DNA of 64,000 nucleotides, taken from Candidatus Omnitrophota bacterium (GTDB lineage Bacteria > Omnitrophota > Gorgyraeia > Zapsychrales > Zapsychraceae). A program made the translations under genes and the position numbers. The stretch lies in NCBI GenBank assembly GCA_029261065.1, contig JAJDCB010000012.1, forward strand, positions 77,430 through 141,429. The letters run 5' to 3'. Under the pieces are notes generated by a model. That model saw only the letters and a program-made list of their open reading frames with translations. It had not been told where the DNA came from and did no database searches. Shown here one piece after another: positions 41,110 to 51,231 of this stretch; within the stretch, counting starts at the first letter, position 1, and every line of letters starts with the position of its first letter.

Positions 41110-41142
41110 AAAATGCCCGCCTTTAAATAAGACGGGCATTTT
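41110..41142. terminator. Bidirectional intrinsic terminator
   Basis: AAAATGCCCG...CGGGCATTTT between convergent genes. Confidence 0.8.
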
Positions 41143-41149
41143 AAAAGAA

Positions 41150-41818
41150 TTATTTTTTCATAATAATGTTATCAGCAAGATTCTTCTTTGATTCCATTTG
41201 TTTTGCTTGGTACTCTTCCATTATTTGTTCAAAGGCCTTCTCTTCTTCTTTGTAAAACTCTAATTGTCTGCTAAAGAATTCTTCCTGTTGAGCATAATAT
41301 TCATCTTGAAGACGTTTATCTTCCTCAACTTGTTCTTTAATGATGGTTAACAATTCGTTAATGGCCGCTTCTTTTCTCTTATAAGCCTCGCCTCTTTTCT
41401 TAAACCCCATAGATTCTCTTTGATAAAATTCTTCTCGTTGTTGAAAGAATTCGTTTTGGCGATTCAAGAAATTTTCTTGATGGGCTGTAAAAATAATTTT
41501 TAATTCTTTATCTTTGTTTCTTTGTTCATCTAGTGTTGCTTTTAATCTTTTATGATGATTAATTCTTTTTTGCAATTCATTTTTCATCGATTTGATAGAT
41601 CTTTTAACTCTCTCATTTGCTTTTTCTAATCGATCATAATTTTCTGACAGCTCATTATTCTCTTCTTTTCTATCATTATTATAAATTTCTTGATATCCCT
41701 TATAAGGTTCCATCTGTTTTTTTAAACTGTCATTTTGGGCAGACGCGCTATTTGAAATCATCAGCGTTAGCCAAAAAACCACAATTGTTCTAAGTGTTTG
41801 CAAATAAGCAAGTTTCAT
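41150..41818 (-). CDS. Exported coiled-coil hypothetical protein
   Basis: Signal peptide ending ASA; Q/E-rich repeats such as QEEFF.RQ.EFY. Confidence 0.7.
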   Translation of the reverse strand: MKLAYLQTLRTIVVFWLTLMISNSASAQNDSLKKQMEPYKGYQEIYNNDRKEENNELSENYDRLEKANERVKRSIKSMKNELQKRINHHKRLKATLDEQRNKDKELKIIFTAHQENFLNRQNEFFQQREEFYQRESMGFKKRGEAYKRKEAAINELLTIIKEQVEEDKRLQDEYYAQQEEFFSRQLEFYKEEEKAFEQIMEEYQAKQMESKKNLADNIIMKK

Positions 41819-41936
41819 AAATAACCTCTATCGTTAGTAAGTGTTAGATGAGTTAAATTTGTATTAAGTTTTGAGTATAACCTAGATTTTAGTAAATCTC
41901 AATAGGACAGGCAGGGACAAAAGGGGACTATATGGA

Positions 41937-42968
41937 TTAACCACCTATCTGAAACATTTCAATTTTGGGGGATGTTACGAGGGTTTTTTGGGGGGATTCT
42001 TGGCTTCTTAATTCTGAATAGCGATCATCGCGATGCGTCCAGGTGTTTTGGATGATTTGAAGAAGGTCTTGGTCGGAGGCTTGCGTTCTTAGGGCGTTTT
42101 TGAGATCAGTGCCTTTTGTGGCAAATAGGCATGTAAAGATTTGGCCATCGGTGGAAACGCGTACACGTGTGCATTTTTGGCAAAAGGGTTGGCTAACCGA
42201 TGAGATAAAACCAATCTCTCCCTCTCCATCTAAGAATTGATAACGCTTGGATACTTCTCCAAAATATTGTTCTTCAACCGGTTTAATGGGCCAATGCTTA
42301 CCAATAAGCTCAACGATCTCTTGAGTGCTAAAGACAAACTTGGATTTCCAGTGGTTGCAGTTACCCACATCCATATATTCAATAAACCGCAACACATGGG
42401 GCGTTCCTTTAAAGCGTTTGACTAAATCGAGGATGGAGTTTTCATTTACCCCCTTTTGAATGACAACATTAATTTTTAAAGATGAAAATCCTGCCTGCTC
42501 AGCTGACGCGATGCCCGCTAATACATCTTCTACAGCCGCTCGCTTTCCACTGATGCGTTGAAATAATCTTGAATCCAAAGTGTCTAAGCTAACCGTCAAA
42601 CGATTGAGTCCGGCCGCTTTGAGGGCTTGTGCTTGTGCTCCTAATAATGATCCATTGGTTGTTAGAGCTAGATCTTCAATGCCGTTAATATCTTTTAATT
42701 GGCTGATCAGTTGATCAATATTGGGTCTTAATAAAGGCTCACCTCCTGTAAGACGCACTTTGCTCACACCGCATTGCACGAACAGTTTAACAAGTCGTGT
42801 GATCTCATTAAAATTTAGCCAATTCTTTTTTTCGATGAATCGATAATGTTTGGAATATTCTTCTTCCGGCATGCAATACGTGCAGCGGAAATTGCAACGA
42901 TCAATGACAGAGATGCGAAGATCGCGGATGGGACGTTGGAGCTTGTCGGTGATTTGTTTGGTTTGCAT
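41937..42968 (-). CDS. moaA: GTP 3',8-cyclase
   Basis: LRISVIDRCNFRCTYC, C-terminal CxxC, ends IGG; start trimmed to MQTKQ. Confidence 0.96.
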   Translation of the reverse strand: MQTKQITDKLQRPIRDLRISVIDRCNFRCTYCMPEEEYSKHYRFIEKKNWLNFNEITRLVKLFVQCGVSKVRLTGGEPLLRPNIDQLISQLKDINGIEDLALTTNGSLLGAQAQALKAAGLNRLTVSLDTLDSRLFQRISGKRAAVEDVLAGIASAEQAGFSSLKINVVIQKGVNENSILDLVKRFKGTPHVLRFIEYMDVGNCNHWKSKFVFSTQEIVELIGKHWPIKPVEEQYFGEVSKRYQFLDGEGEIGFISSVSQPFCQKCTRVRVSTDGQIFTCLFATKGTDLKNALRTQASDQDLLQIIQNTWTHRDDRYSELRSQESPQKTLVTSPKIEMFQIGG

Positions 42969-42970
42969 AT

Positions 42971-43112
42971 AAGTGGTCAGCTTATTTGATAAATTGAATA
43001 TGCTTATAGGTGGTCTGGTTATTGGGTTGAATTGTTTAAGCTGATTGGTGGTCCAAGTTTTTAAATTTTTGACCACCAAATATGCTTTTTCTTGCAAGAC
43101 CACCGACCACTA
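42971..43112. repeat. Degenerate GGTGGTC/GACCACC inverted array between sufU and moaA
   Basis: AGTGGTC, GGTGGTC, GGTGGTC on left; GACCACC, GACCACCGACCACT on right. Confidence 0.5.
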
Positions 43113-43131
43113 TTTCCTTTTCTTGCCAAGA

Positions 43132-43590
43132 TCACTCTGTCGATATTGTCTGTTCTTTATCCAGCGCGCCTTTCATCGTATGCCAAGACAAGCTTGCGCA
43201 TTTGACGCGTGATGGAAAATGCCAAATGCCTGAGAAGATAGCAAGTTTTCCTAAATGATGTTCGCATTTCTCAGGATTTAGCTTGCCAGTAACCAAGTCA
43301 TGAAATTCAGTAAATAAAGCTTTTGCCTCATCCATGGTTTTACCTTTTAAAGCCTGCGTCATCATCGATCCTGACGCCTTTGAAATCGCACAACCTTCTC
43401 CTTCAAACGTAATGTTGTCTATGACATTATCAGCATTGATATGAAGATACACATGAAGTTGATCACCGCACAGTGGATTGTAACCTTCGGCATCATGAGT
43501 GGCGTCATCCATCTTACCAAAATTTCTTGGCTTTTTGTTATGCTCAAGGATGACTTGTTGATAAAGTTCTGTTTTAGAATCGTAGCCCAT
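43132..43590 (-). CDS. sufU: SUF system SufU
   Basis: LYQQVILEH, NPLCGD, GCAISKAS, RVKCA. Confidence 0.94.
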   Translation of the reverse strand: MGYDSKTELYQQVILEHNKKPRNFGKMDDATHDAEGYNPLCGDQLHVYLHINADNVIDNITFEGEGCAISKASGSMMTQALKGKTMDEAKALFTEFHDLVTGKLNPEKCEHHLGKLAIFSGIWHFPSRVKCASLSWHTMKGALDKEQTISTE

Positions 43591-43594
43591 GGTT

Positions 43595-44815
43595 TTATTG
43601 AAATACCTCCACAGCGTGTAGGATAGCCTTAACTAAGGCGTCAATTTCTTCTGTTGTGTTATACATCGCAAGAGACGCGCGGGACGTTGCTGGAACGCCG
43701 AAATGTTTCATGACTGGTTGCGTGCAGTGATGACCTGTTCGTATGGCAATGCCTTGTTCGTCCACTAATGTCCCCATATCGTGGGCGTGAATTAAAGGGT
43801 GAACAAATGATAATATGGATGTCTTTTGTTTGGCAGTTCCAATTAAACGTAGATCTTTAATGGAAGATAATTGATCGGTCCCATACGCCAAGAGTTTTTG
43901 TTTGTATTGCAAGATGTCTGTGAAATCTAATGTATTTAGATAATCTATCGCCGCTCCAAGTCCAATGACACCGGCGACATTGGGGGTTCCTGCTTCAAAT
44001 TTATAAGGAAGAACATTGTAGGTTGTTTTTTCAAATGTGACCGAAGCAATCATATCGCCACCTCCGCGGTAAGGCGCCATGGTATCGAGTAACGCTTCTT
44101 TTCCATATAAAACCCCAACGCCTGTCGGACCATACAGTTTGTGGGCTGAGAAGGCAAAAAAATCGCAATCCAAATCCTGGACATCGATTTCCGTATGACT
44201 GACGGCTTGGGCACCATCCACAATAACAGATGTCCCTTGAGCGTGAGCCGCTTTAATAATATCTTTAATGGGATTGATCGTCCCTAAAGAATTTGAAATA
44301 TAAACCACACTGACTAATTTTGTTTTTGCGTTAAGTAGCTTATGAAATTCCTCGATGATTAACTCGCCATCATCATTCATAGGAACAACTTTAAGGACAC
44401 ATCCCTTCTCTTGACAAAGCATCTGCCAGGGAACGATGTTCGAGTGATGTTCCATCTCTGTGATAAGAATTTCATCGCCCTCATCTAATAGTGCTCGTCC
44501 ATAACTTTGTGCCATTAAGTTGATCGAGTCCGTCGTACCACTTGTCAGGATAATTTCTTTAGTGCTGTTAGCATTAAGGAAAGCACGCACTTTTTCGCGA
44601 GCCCCTTCATAGGCAGCGGTCGCCACTTCACTTAAATGATGCACCCCTCGGTGGACATTTGATGTCTCATGGCTGTAATGGTTGGTAATTGCATCAATGA
44701 CGGATTGAGGTTTAAAGGTGGTTGCTGCATTATCCAGATAAACCAAGGGCTCACCGTGAACGGTTTGCTGAAGGTTTGGAAAGTCGTTTCTAATGGATGT
44801 GATATCGAAGCCCAT
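43595..44815 (-). CDS. sufS: Cysteine desulfurase
   Basis: YLDNAAT, EHHSN, SAHKLYGP, RTGHHC. Confidence 0.96.
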   Translation of the reverse strand: MGFDITSIRNDFPNLQQTVHGEPLVYLDNAATTFKPQSVIDAITNHYSHETSNVHRGVHHLSEVATAAYEGAREKVRAFLNANSTKEIILTSGTTDSINLMAQSYGRALLDEGDEILITEMEHHSNIVPWQMLCQEKGCVLKVVPMNDDGELIIEEFHKLLNAKTKLVSVVYISNSLGTINPIKDIIKAAHAQGTSVIVDGAQAVSHTEIDVQDLDCDFFAFSAHKLYGPTGVGVLYGKEALLDTMAPYRGGGDMIASVTFEKTTYNVLPYKFEAGTPNVAGVIGLGAAIDYLNTLDFTDILQYKQKLLAYGTDQLSSIKDLRLIGTAKQKTSILSFVHPLIHAHDMGTLVDEQGIAIRTGHHCTQPVMKHFGVPATSRASLAMYNTTEEIDALVKAILHAVEVFQ

Positions 44816-44850
44816 TGACGTTTTAAGGAATCCTTTAAGCGCGGATGATA

Positions 44851-46164
44851 TTAAAGTTTGTTAAGAGATGGATCTAACAATTGGTGAATTTTTTGACTGA
44901 CGTTGTCATCTTCAAAGTGGAATAGAAGATCATTAATGAAACCTTTGGAAAGCATACGGATGGCTTCTTTTCGTGGAATACATCGCGTTTGAAGGTAGAA
45001 TAATTCATCTTCATTTAATTGTCCAATGGTCGCTCCATGGGTGCATTTGACATCGTCGGCGAAAATTTCTAATTGAGGTTTTGTATCCACACGGCAATCC
45101 TTACCTAATAAAATATTTTTGTTTAACTGATAAGAATTCGTTTGTTGTGCGAGATCTTTAACAAAGATTTTTCCATTAAATACAGCGCGTGAGGCGTCAG
45201 ATAAAATGCCTTTGTAAAGTTGATTACTCGTACAATTTGGAAAACGATGATCAACGCAAGTATGATTATCCATGTGTTGTTTATCAAAAGGCATGTATAA
45301 ACCGTTTAACGTTGAGTTAATCCCCTCGCCATTTAAGACAATATCAAGATCATTACGATTAATGGCGCTGCCTATCATGACAGATAAACTATTAAAGTTT
45401 GAGTTTCTTTCCTGCCATACACGTGTATTCCCTAGGTGATAGGCCTTTTTGCTTTCCGCTTGTATCTTACAATAATGAAGAATAGCGTTTTCCTCTAAGA
45501 AGATATCTGTTAAAGCGTTAGCCAGATAAGTTTGGTCATTGTTTAGTCCAATATGACTTTCAAGAACAGTTGCTTCACTAAGTTTCTCACTAGTGATAAT
45601 TGTTCGTGGAGATGTAAATGAAGTCGCTTGTGTGTCACTAATATGTAAAATATGGATAAGTTTTTTCATGACGGCCTTCTTCTCAATTGAAATAAGGATA
45701 CCATCTGTGGATAACGCTTTATTCAGCGCTACAAAGCTTGTTGTTTCTTTTTCATTGTATTTTTCTAAAAGACTTTTTATCTTCTTCTCATCTGATAGGA
45801 TGGCATCTTGTAGTGTTGATATAGAAATGCCACTGGATGAATCATCAATCGTTGAGAATTTTTTAGAGAAAAAACCATTAATAAATACGATATTAATATC
45901 TTTTTCATTTATATAATTTTTAAGAGAATCTAGAGTCGTGTCTTCGTTGTTTTGGGCTCCTTGAAACGATGTTTTCGCAATCGATGAGATATTGGTATAT
46001 TTCCATTCTTCATCTTTGACGTTAGGTATGCCTAATTCTTGAAAACGATTTAACGCATTACTTCGGTATTCTTCAAGCCACTTTGGAGCATCTTTGGAAT
46101 TTTCTTTAACAGCTTTGTCTAAATTATTTATCATCTCATTATTACCTTGAGTTTGAGTTATCAT
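44851..46164 (-). CDS. sufD: Fe-S assembly protein SufD
   Basis: EEWKYT, PQLEIFADDVKCTHGAT. Confidence 0.95.
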   Translation of the reverse strand: MITQTQGNNEMINNLDKAVKENSKDAPKWLEEYRSNALNRFQELGIPNVKDEEWKYTNISSIAKTSFQGAQNNEDTTLDSLKNYINEKDINIVFINGFFSKKFSTIDDSSSGISISTLQDAILSDEKKIKSLLEKYNEKETTSFVALNKALSTDGILISIEKKAVMKKLIHILHISDTQATSFTSPRTIITSEKLSEATVLESHIGLNNDQTYLANALTDIFLEENAILHYCKIQAESKKAYHLGNTRVWQERNSNFNSLSVMIGSAINRNDLDIVLNGEGINSTLNGLYMPFDKQHMDNHTCVDHRFPNCTSNQLYKGILSDASRAVFNGKIFVKDLAQQTNSYQLNKNILLGKDCRVDTKPQLEIFADDVKCTHGATIGQLNEDELFYLQTRCIPRKEAIRMLSKGFINDLLFHFEDDNVSQKIHQLLDPSLNKL

Positions 46165-46181
46165 CTTATTTGTCTTTCCAA

Positions 46182-46940
46182 TTATTTGATTAACCAGTCA
46201 TATCCCTTTTCTTCTACAGCAAGGGCTAGTTCTTTTCCTTCGGATTTAACAATTTTTCCATCAATAAGGATGTGAACGAAGTCTGGTACGATGTAGTTTA
46301 AGAGTCGTTGATAATGGGTAATAACTAATTGCGCATTACCTTTGGCTTTAAGTTTATTGACACCATCTGAAACGATACGCATGGAATCAATATCAAGGCC
46401 TGAGTCTGTTTCATCAAGAACGGCAAATCGTGGGTTTAGAACAGCCATTTGCAAAATTTCATTTCTCTTCTTTTCACCACCAGAGAAATCTTCATTAACG
46501 GGACGCGTGATAAACTTTTCATCCATTTCAAGAAGCTTCATCTTGCTACGAATGTATTCATCAAAATCAAGAGTGTCCATTTCCTCCGCTCCTTGATGCT
46601 TACAAATTTCGTTAAAAGCGGCGCGTAAAAAGACAGATGTATTAACGCCTGGAATTTCGACTGGGTATTGGAAGGCTAGAAAGATACCTTCTCTTGCTCG
46701 CTCTTCAGGTTCCAGATCAAGGATGTTTGTCTTCTTAAAGTTTGATTCGTAAAGGATCTCCCCTTCAGTCACTTCGTATTCTGGGTGACCAGCAATGATC
46801 TTAGATAAGGTGCTCTTACCAGAACCATTTGGTCCCATAATGGCATGAACTTCTCCAGGATTAATGGTTAAGTTAATGCCTTTTAAAATTTCTGTATCCC
46901 CTCCAGCCACTTTGGCATGAATGTTTTTGATTTCAATCAT
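46182..46940 (-). CDS. sufC: Fe-S assembly ATPase SufC
   Basis: GPNGSGKST, FSGGEKKRNE, LDETDSGLD. Confidence 0.97.
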   Translation of the reverse strand: MIEIKNIHAKVAGGDTEILKGINLTINPGEVHAIMGPNGSGKSTLSKIIAGHPEYEVTEGEILYESNFKKTNILDLEPEERAREGIFLAFQYPVEIPGVNTSVFLRAAFNEICKHQGAEEMDTLDFDEYIRSKMKLLEMDEKFITRPVNEDFSGGEKKRNEILQMAVLNPRFAVLDETDSGLDIDSMRIVSDGVNKLKAKGNAQLVITHYQRLLNYIVPDFVHILIDGKIVKSEGKELALAVEEKGYDWLIK

Positions 46941-46964
46941 CTTTGTACTCCTTAAATACTTTTT

Positions 46965-48440
46965 TTATCCTACACTACCTTCTAGTTTCATCTCTAATAG
47001 TTTGACAGCCTCTACCGAGAATTCCATCGGAAGCTCTTTAAAGACTTCTTTGCAAAATCCGTTGATAATCAACGAAATAGCACCTTCCATATCCAAGCCT
47101 CTGGACATGATATAAAACATTTGATCGGCATTAATTTTTGAGGTTGATGCTTCATGTTCCATGGTAGCGCTACTGTTATTCACCTCAATATATGGAAAGG
47201 TGTTTGCACTACATTTATTACCGACAAGCATTGAATCACATTGGGAATAATTACGTGCATTTTCAGCAGACGGCATAATTTTAACTAAGCCTCGATAAGT
47301 ATTATTGGATTCATCCGCTGAGATTCCTTTTGAGATAATGGTGCTCGATGTGTTTTTTCCAATGTGAATCATCTTGGTTCCAGTATCTGCTTCCATCCGA
47401 TTATTGGTTAAGGCAACTGAATAAAATTCACCCGTCGAACCATCACCTTGTAAGATAACAGATGGATATTTCCATGTGATAGCTGAACCTGCCTCAACTT
47501 GAGTCCAAGATATTTTTGAGTTTTTCCCAGCACATTTGCCACGTTTTGTAACAAAATTATAAATACCACCAACGCCTTGTTCATTACCAGCATACCAATT
47601 TTGAACGGTGGAATACTTTACTTCTGCATTATCTAGAGTGACTATTTCAACAACAGCCGCATGCAACTGATTTTCATCGCGCGTAGGTGCGGTGCACCCT
47701 TCTAGATAACTAACAAAACTGGATTCTTCAGCCACAATAAGCGTGCGTTCAAATTGACCAGAGCCTGAGGCGTTGATACGAAAATAGGTTGATAGTTCTA
47801 AGGGGCTTCGCACACCTTTAGGGATGTAGCAGAAAGAGCCATCACTAAAGACCGCTGAGTTAAGAGCAGCAAAATAATTATCAGAATAAGGAACAACGGA
47901 ACCCATATATTTTTTAACAAGTTCAGGATGATTTTGGATCGCTTCTGTCATGGAACAAAAGATAATACCAACTTTTTCTAACTCGGATTGGTGCGTTGTT
48001 CCAACAGAAACACTATCAAAGACAGCATCAACAGCCACTCCTGTTAAACGTTTTTGTTCGGATAAAGGAATTCCTAAACGATCAAAGGTTTTGATTAATT
48101 CTGGATCAACCTCATCCATGCTTTTGGGACCTTCCTCAAAGTTTTTCGGAGCACTGTAATAACTAAGGGCTTGATAATCTATAGGACCATATTTAAAGTT
48201 AGGCCATTTTGGTTCTTTAAGCGTTGTCCAATGACGATAAGCTTTTAAACGCCATTCCAACATCCAAGAAGGCTCTTTCTTTTTCTCAGAAATCATTTTT
48301 ATGATATCTTCATTTAATCCAGCTGGGATGCTGTCTGTTTCGATATCCGTGTAGAAACCATATTTATACTCGCGGCTAGAGAGTTTATTAGCGGCTATGG
48401 TATCTTCGTTTGATAAATTTTCTTCTGTAATTTTAGACAT
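46965..48440 (-). CDS. sufB: Fe-S assembly protein SufB
   Basis: [22 protein letters not shown]. Confidence 0.97.
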   Translation of the reverse strand: MSKITEENLSNEDTIAANKLSSREYKYGFYTDIETDSIPAGLNEDIIKMISEKKKEPSWMLEWRLKAYRHWTTLKEPKWPNFKYGPIDYQALSYYSAPKNFEEGPKSMDEVDPELIKTFDRLGIPLSEQKRLTGVAVDAVFDSVSVGTTHQSELEKVGIIFCSMTEAIQNHPELVKKYMGSVVPYSDNYFAALNSAVFSDGSFCYIPKGVRSPLELSTYFRINASGSGQFERTLIVAEESSFVSYLEGCTAPTRDENQLHAAVVEIVTLDNAEVKYSTVQNWYAGNEQGVGGIYNFVTKRGKCAGKNSKISWTQVEAGSAITWKYPSVILQGDGSTGEFYSVALTNNRMEADTGTKMIHIGKNTSSTIISKGISADESNNTYRGLVKIMPSAENARNYSQCDSMLVGNKCSANTFPYIEVNNSSATMEHEASTSKINADQMFYIMSRGLDMEGAISLIINGFCKEVFKELPMEFSVEAVKLLEMKLEGSVG

Positions 48441-48451
48441 GAGGATGACCT

Positions 48452-48928
48452 TTATTTTTTGGACGTTGATAATTTGTTATCAGCGATTTTTTTATCTTTT
48501 ATTTCCTTTTCTCCAGCATGTTTAGACGCGATAAGCGAAGCAACTTTGATCGTGGAGAATAAATTTTTTATCTCTTCATTCAAATTTAACATAGGAGCAA
48601 TGATGTGACAGGAGTGCGTGATTTCACAATGAGAATAATCTCCATGAAAACAGGTCGCAATCTCAATGGGCCCGATAATCATGTCAGATAATTCTTTCAT
48701 GGTGACTTTTGTCAGATCTTTAACAATTTGATAGCCACCCTTGGCCCCTTGTTCGGCTTGGAGTATTTCAAACTGAGACATAATTTGTAATACTCTAGAT
48801 GTTGGATCAAACGGTGTTGAATAGATATCACAAATTTCTTTAGCTGTCGTTAATTGACCAGGGTGTTTTAGACTCATGTGTTTGAGAGCAATCAGGGCGT
48901 ATTCAATTTTTCGATTAATTTTAAACAT
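48452..48928 (-). CDS. Rrf2 family regulator of suf operon
   Basis: GAKGGY wing, three Cys in C-terminal half; upstream of sufB. Confidence 0.88.
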   Translation of the reverse strand: MFKINRKIEYALIALKHMSLKHPGQLTTAKEICDIYSTPFDPTSRVLQIMSQFEILQAEQGAKGGYQIVKDLTKVTMKELSDMIIGPIEIATCFHGDYSHCEITHSCHIIAPMLNLNEEIKNLFSTIKVASLIASKHAGEKEIKDKKIADNKLSTSKK

Positions 48929-48934
48929 AATGCG

Positions 48935-49276
48935 TTATTCCTTATCTAGAATGCGATCAATTTTTGCGGCTAAAATAAAATCGTTCTCGGATAATCCTCC
49001 AATGGCGTGCGTGCTAAGATCGATGGCTAAATTTTTATAAGATGTTAAATGAACATCCGGATGATGATTTTCTTGCTCGGCAATGGCAGCAATGGTATTG
49101 ATTAATTCAACAGCAGCCAAGAAATTTTTGGCTACATAGTTACGTGTAATAATTTTAGAATCCCCACTGATGTTCCATTGCGGTGTTTGCTTTAAATAAT
49201 GAGTGGCTGCCTCTTGATTAAAGGCATTTGTTTTGCCTTCACAGGGTTGACATTTTTTTTCTGTAAGTTCAGACAT
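48935..49276 (-). CDS. Pterin-4-alpha-carbinolamine dehydratase
   Basis: CQPC, ENHHPD, THAIGGLSENDFILAAKID. Confidence 0.92.
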   Translation of the reverse strand: MSELTEKKCQPCEGKTNAFNQEAATHYLKQTPQWNISGDSKIITRNYVAKNFLAAVELINTIAAIAEQENHHPDVHLTSYKNLAIDLSTHAIGGLSENDFILAAKIDRILDKE

Positions 49277-49281
49277 AATTA

Positions 49282-49854
49282 TTAAACCGTTTCAGCAACC
49301 TCTACAGTGACCTCAGGGTTAAACTGATCCTTTAAAATATTTTCGATAGCCATCATCGTTCCCATCGTTGCACTCGGACATGAGCCGCAAGCGCCTTGAT
49401 AGAAGATTTTAACGATATTATTTTCATAATTGACGACTTGAAGGTCGCCTCCATCCATTTGAAGAGCTGGACGAACGGTTTGATCGAGAATGGAGTTGAT
49501 TTGAGCAACATCAGGATTATCGTTGGATGCGGCTTTTGGTGTTTCTACGGTAGGTTCATCAACTTTAAAATTTGGGTTATGCTCAGGCATTTTTTCCATA
49601 ATTTTTTGACGAATAGATTCTTCAAGATTATCCCAATCTTGAGAGCCATCTTGGGTGATGGTTATATAGTTATCAAAAAAATAAACTTCTTTAATGGCTT
49701 CATTAAGGGTAAATAATTCTTTAGCTAAGGGGTTCAGTTCACAATCTTGTGCTGTTTTGTATGTAACATTACCTTCTTCTTTGACAGGTGAATTGACCAC
49801 AAATTTTAATGCATTTGGGTTTGGGGTGCTTTGGATCATTAATTTTACGTCCAT
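49282..49854 (-). CDS. NifU/Nfu family Fe-S carrier (Nfu_N + NifU_C)
   Basis: TPNPNALKF, VRPALQMDGGD, GACGSCPS. Confidence 0.92.
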   Translation of the reverse strand: MDVKLMIQSTPNPNALKFVVNSPVKEEGNVTYKTAQDCELNPLAKELFTLNEAIKEVYFFDNYITITQDGSQDWDNLEESIRQKIMEKMPEHNPNFKVDEPTVETPKAASNDNPDVAQINSILDQTVRPALQMDGGDLQVVNYENNIVKIFYQGACGSCPSATMGTMMAIENILKDQFNPEVTVEVAETV

Positions 49855-49872
49855 TGTTTTCTCCTTGAAATA

Positions 49873-49952
49873 AAGTCAAAAAATGCCTTATTTAATATAA
49901 GTATAATACAATTTACGCCCAATTTGTCAATAAATACTTTATTTTTTGACTT
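49873..49952 (-). promoter_or_regulatory. suf-operon promoter bracketed by a 12-bp inverted repeat (candidate operator)
   Basis: TTGACA at 49930-49925; AAGTCAAAAAAT (49873) and ATTTTTTGACTT (49941). Confidence 0.45.
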
Positions 49953-50012
49953 ATTTATTTTGTCTATGTAATTTTTAAGTGTAGTTAATGTAAGCTGTTA
50001 ATTTACAGTACT

Positions 50013-51209
50013 TTATGACTTAATGTATTTTTCATAAATAAAATGGGCAAAAGGAAAAGCGCAGGTAAATGCTGGTGAAACGGCATTGAGGATGTGGATG
50101 CTGTTATGGTCGGCCTCGATGTGGAAATCTTGGAGGAGTTGGTTATTTGACGTATTTAACAACTGAGCACGGATGCCAGGTTTTGTAAATTCTGTAAATC
50201 CATGAGGATCGATTTCTTTAACCATTTTTTGGGCCAGGGATACAAAGTGTTTTTTACGATATTTCTTCATCTCCTCTATGGCTAGATGACGAAATTGAAA
50301 ATCGTTGGTCATAAAGAGTTTTGTTTCTTGAAAAGCAATTTCAAAAAATTCTAATAGTTTAAAATTTTTTAAGCCCTTATAATTCTCTCTCCAAAAAGCT
50401 GGTATGGCTGTTGGTCCTATTTTGATGCTGTGGTCCACGGTTATTGTAAAATGCACGCCTAAAAACGGATTATTAAGATTAGGAACAGGATAGATGTTGG
50501 TTTTTAGATCCGTTTTGTTTTTTGTATATTTCAGATACAGCCCTTTAAACGGAATGATGGTATAGTTTTGACCAAAGTGAAAATTTTTGGCAATTTTATC
50601 AGCATAAAGTCCTGCACAATTAATTATTTTTTTTCCTTCAAAAGATCCTTTGTTTGTTTCAATCACATTGTTCTTACGTGATAAATATTTTGTGTGAAAT
50701 AAGAATTCAACACCTTTATTTTCTAATTGATGTTTGAGATGTTGACAAACCTCTTTTGGATCGATGCTTGCCGTATCAGGCGAATAAAGAGCTTTTAGGT
50801 GTGTGTTAACATTTTGTTCTATCTCTTCGGCTTCTTCTTTATCAATAAGTTTAACGTTGGATCCATTTTTTCGTCCACGTCGTTCTAATTCGTGAAGTTG
50901 GGCCACTTCAATATCATTATTTGCAACGACTAATTTTCCACAAGGGTTTATGGATAAATTGTTTTCTTTTACATATTTTCTCATAGCCTTATTACCTTCA
51001 ACAGTAAATTGGGCTTTAAGGCTATCGGCGGAATAATAAAAACCAGCGTGTAATACCCCACTATTACGACCAGAGGCATGGAAAGCTTCTTTGGTTTCTT
51101 TATCAAAAATAAGAATAGAAGCTTTGGGCTGATTGTCATTAATGGTTTTAGCAATAGCTAAACCAATAATGCCAGATCCAATAATGATATATTCAAATTT
51201 TGATTTCAT
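50013..51209 (-). CDS. lhgO: L-2-hydroxyglutarate oxidase family FAD oxidoreductase
   Basis: IIGSGIIG, SGRNSGVLHAG, PFLGVHFT, GIRAQ, SPAFT. Confidence 0.85.
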   Translation of the reverse strand: MKSKFEYIIIGSGIIGLAIAKTINDNQPKASILIFDKETKEAFHASGRNSGVLHAGFYYSADSLKAQFTVEGNKAMRKYVKENNLSINPCGKLVVANNDIEVAQLHELERRGRKNGSNVKLIDKEEAEEIEQNVNTHLKALYSPDTASIDPKEVCQHLKHQLENKGVEFLFHTKYLSRKNNVIETNKGSFEGKKIINCAGLYADKIAKNFHFGQNYTIIPFKGLYLKYTKNKTDLKTNIYPVPNLNNPFLGVHFTITVDHSIKIGPTAIPAFWRENYKGLKNFKLLEFFEIAFQETKLFMTNDFQFRHLAIEEMKKYRKKHFVSLAQKMVKEIDPHGFTEFTKPGIRAQLLNTSNNQLLQDFHIEADHNSIHILNAVSPAFTCAFPFAHFIYEKYIKS

Positions 51210-51231
51210 AAGATTATTAATTTTTATGTGA

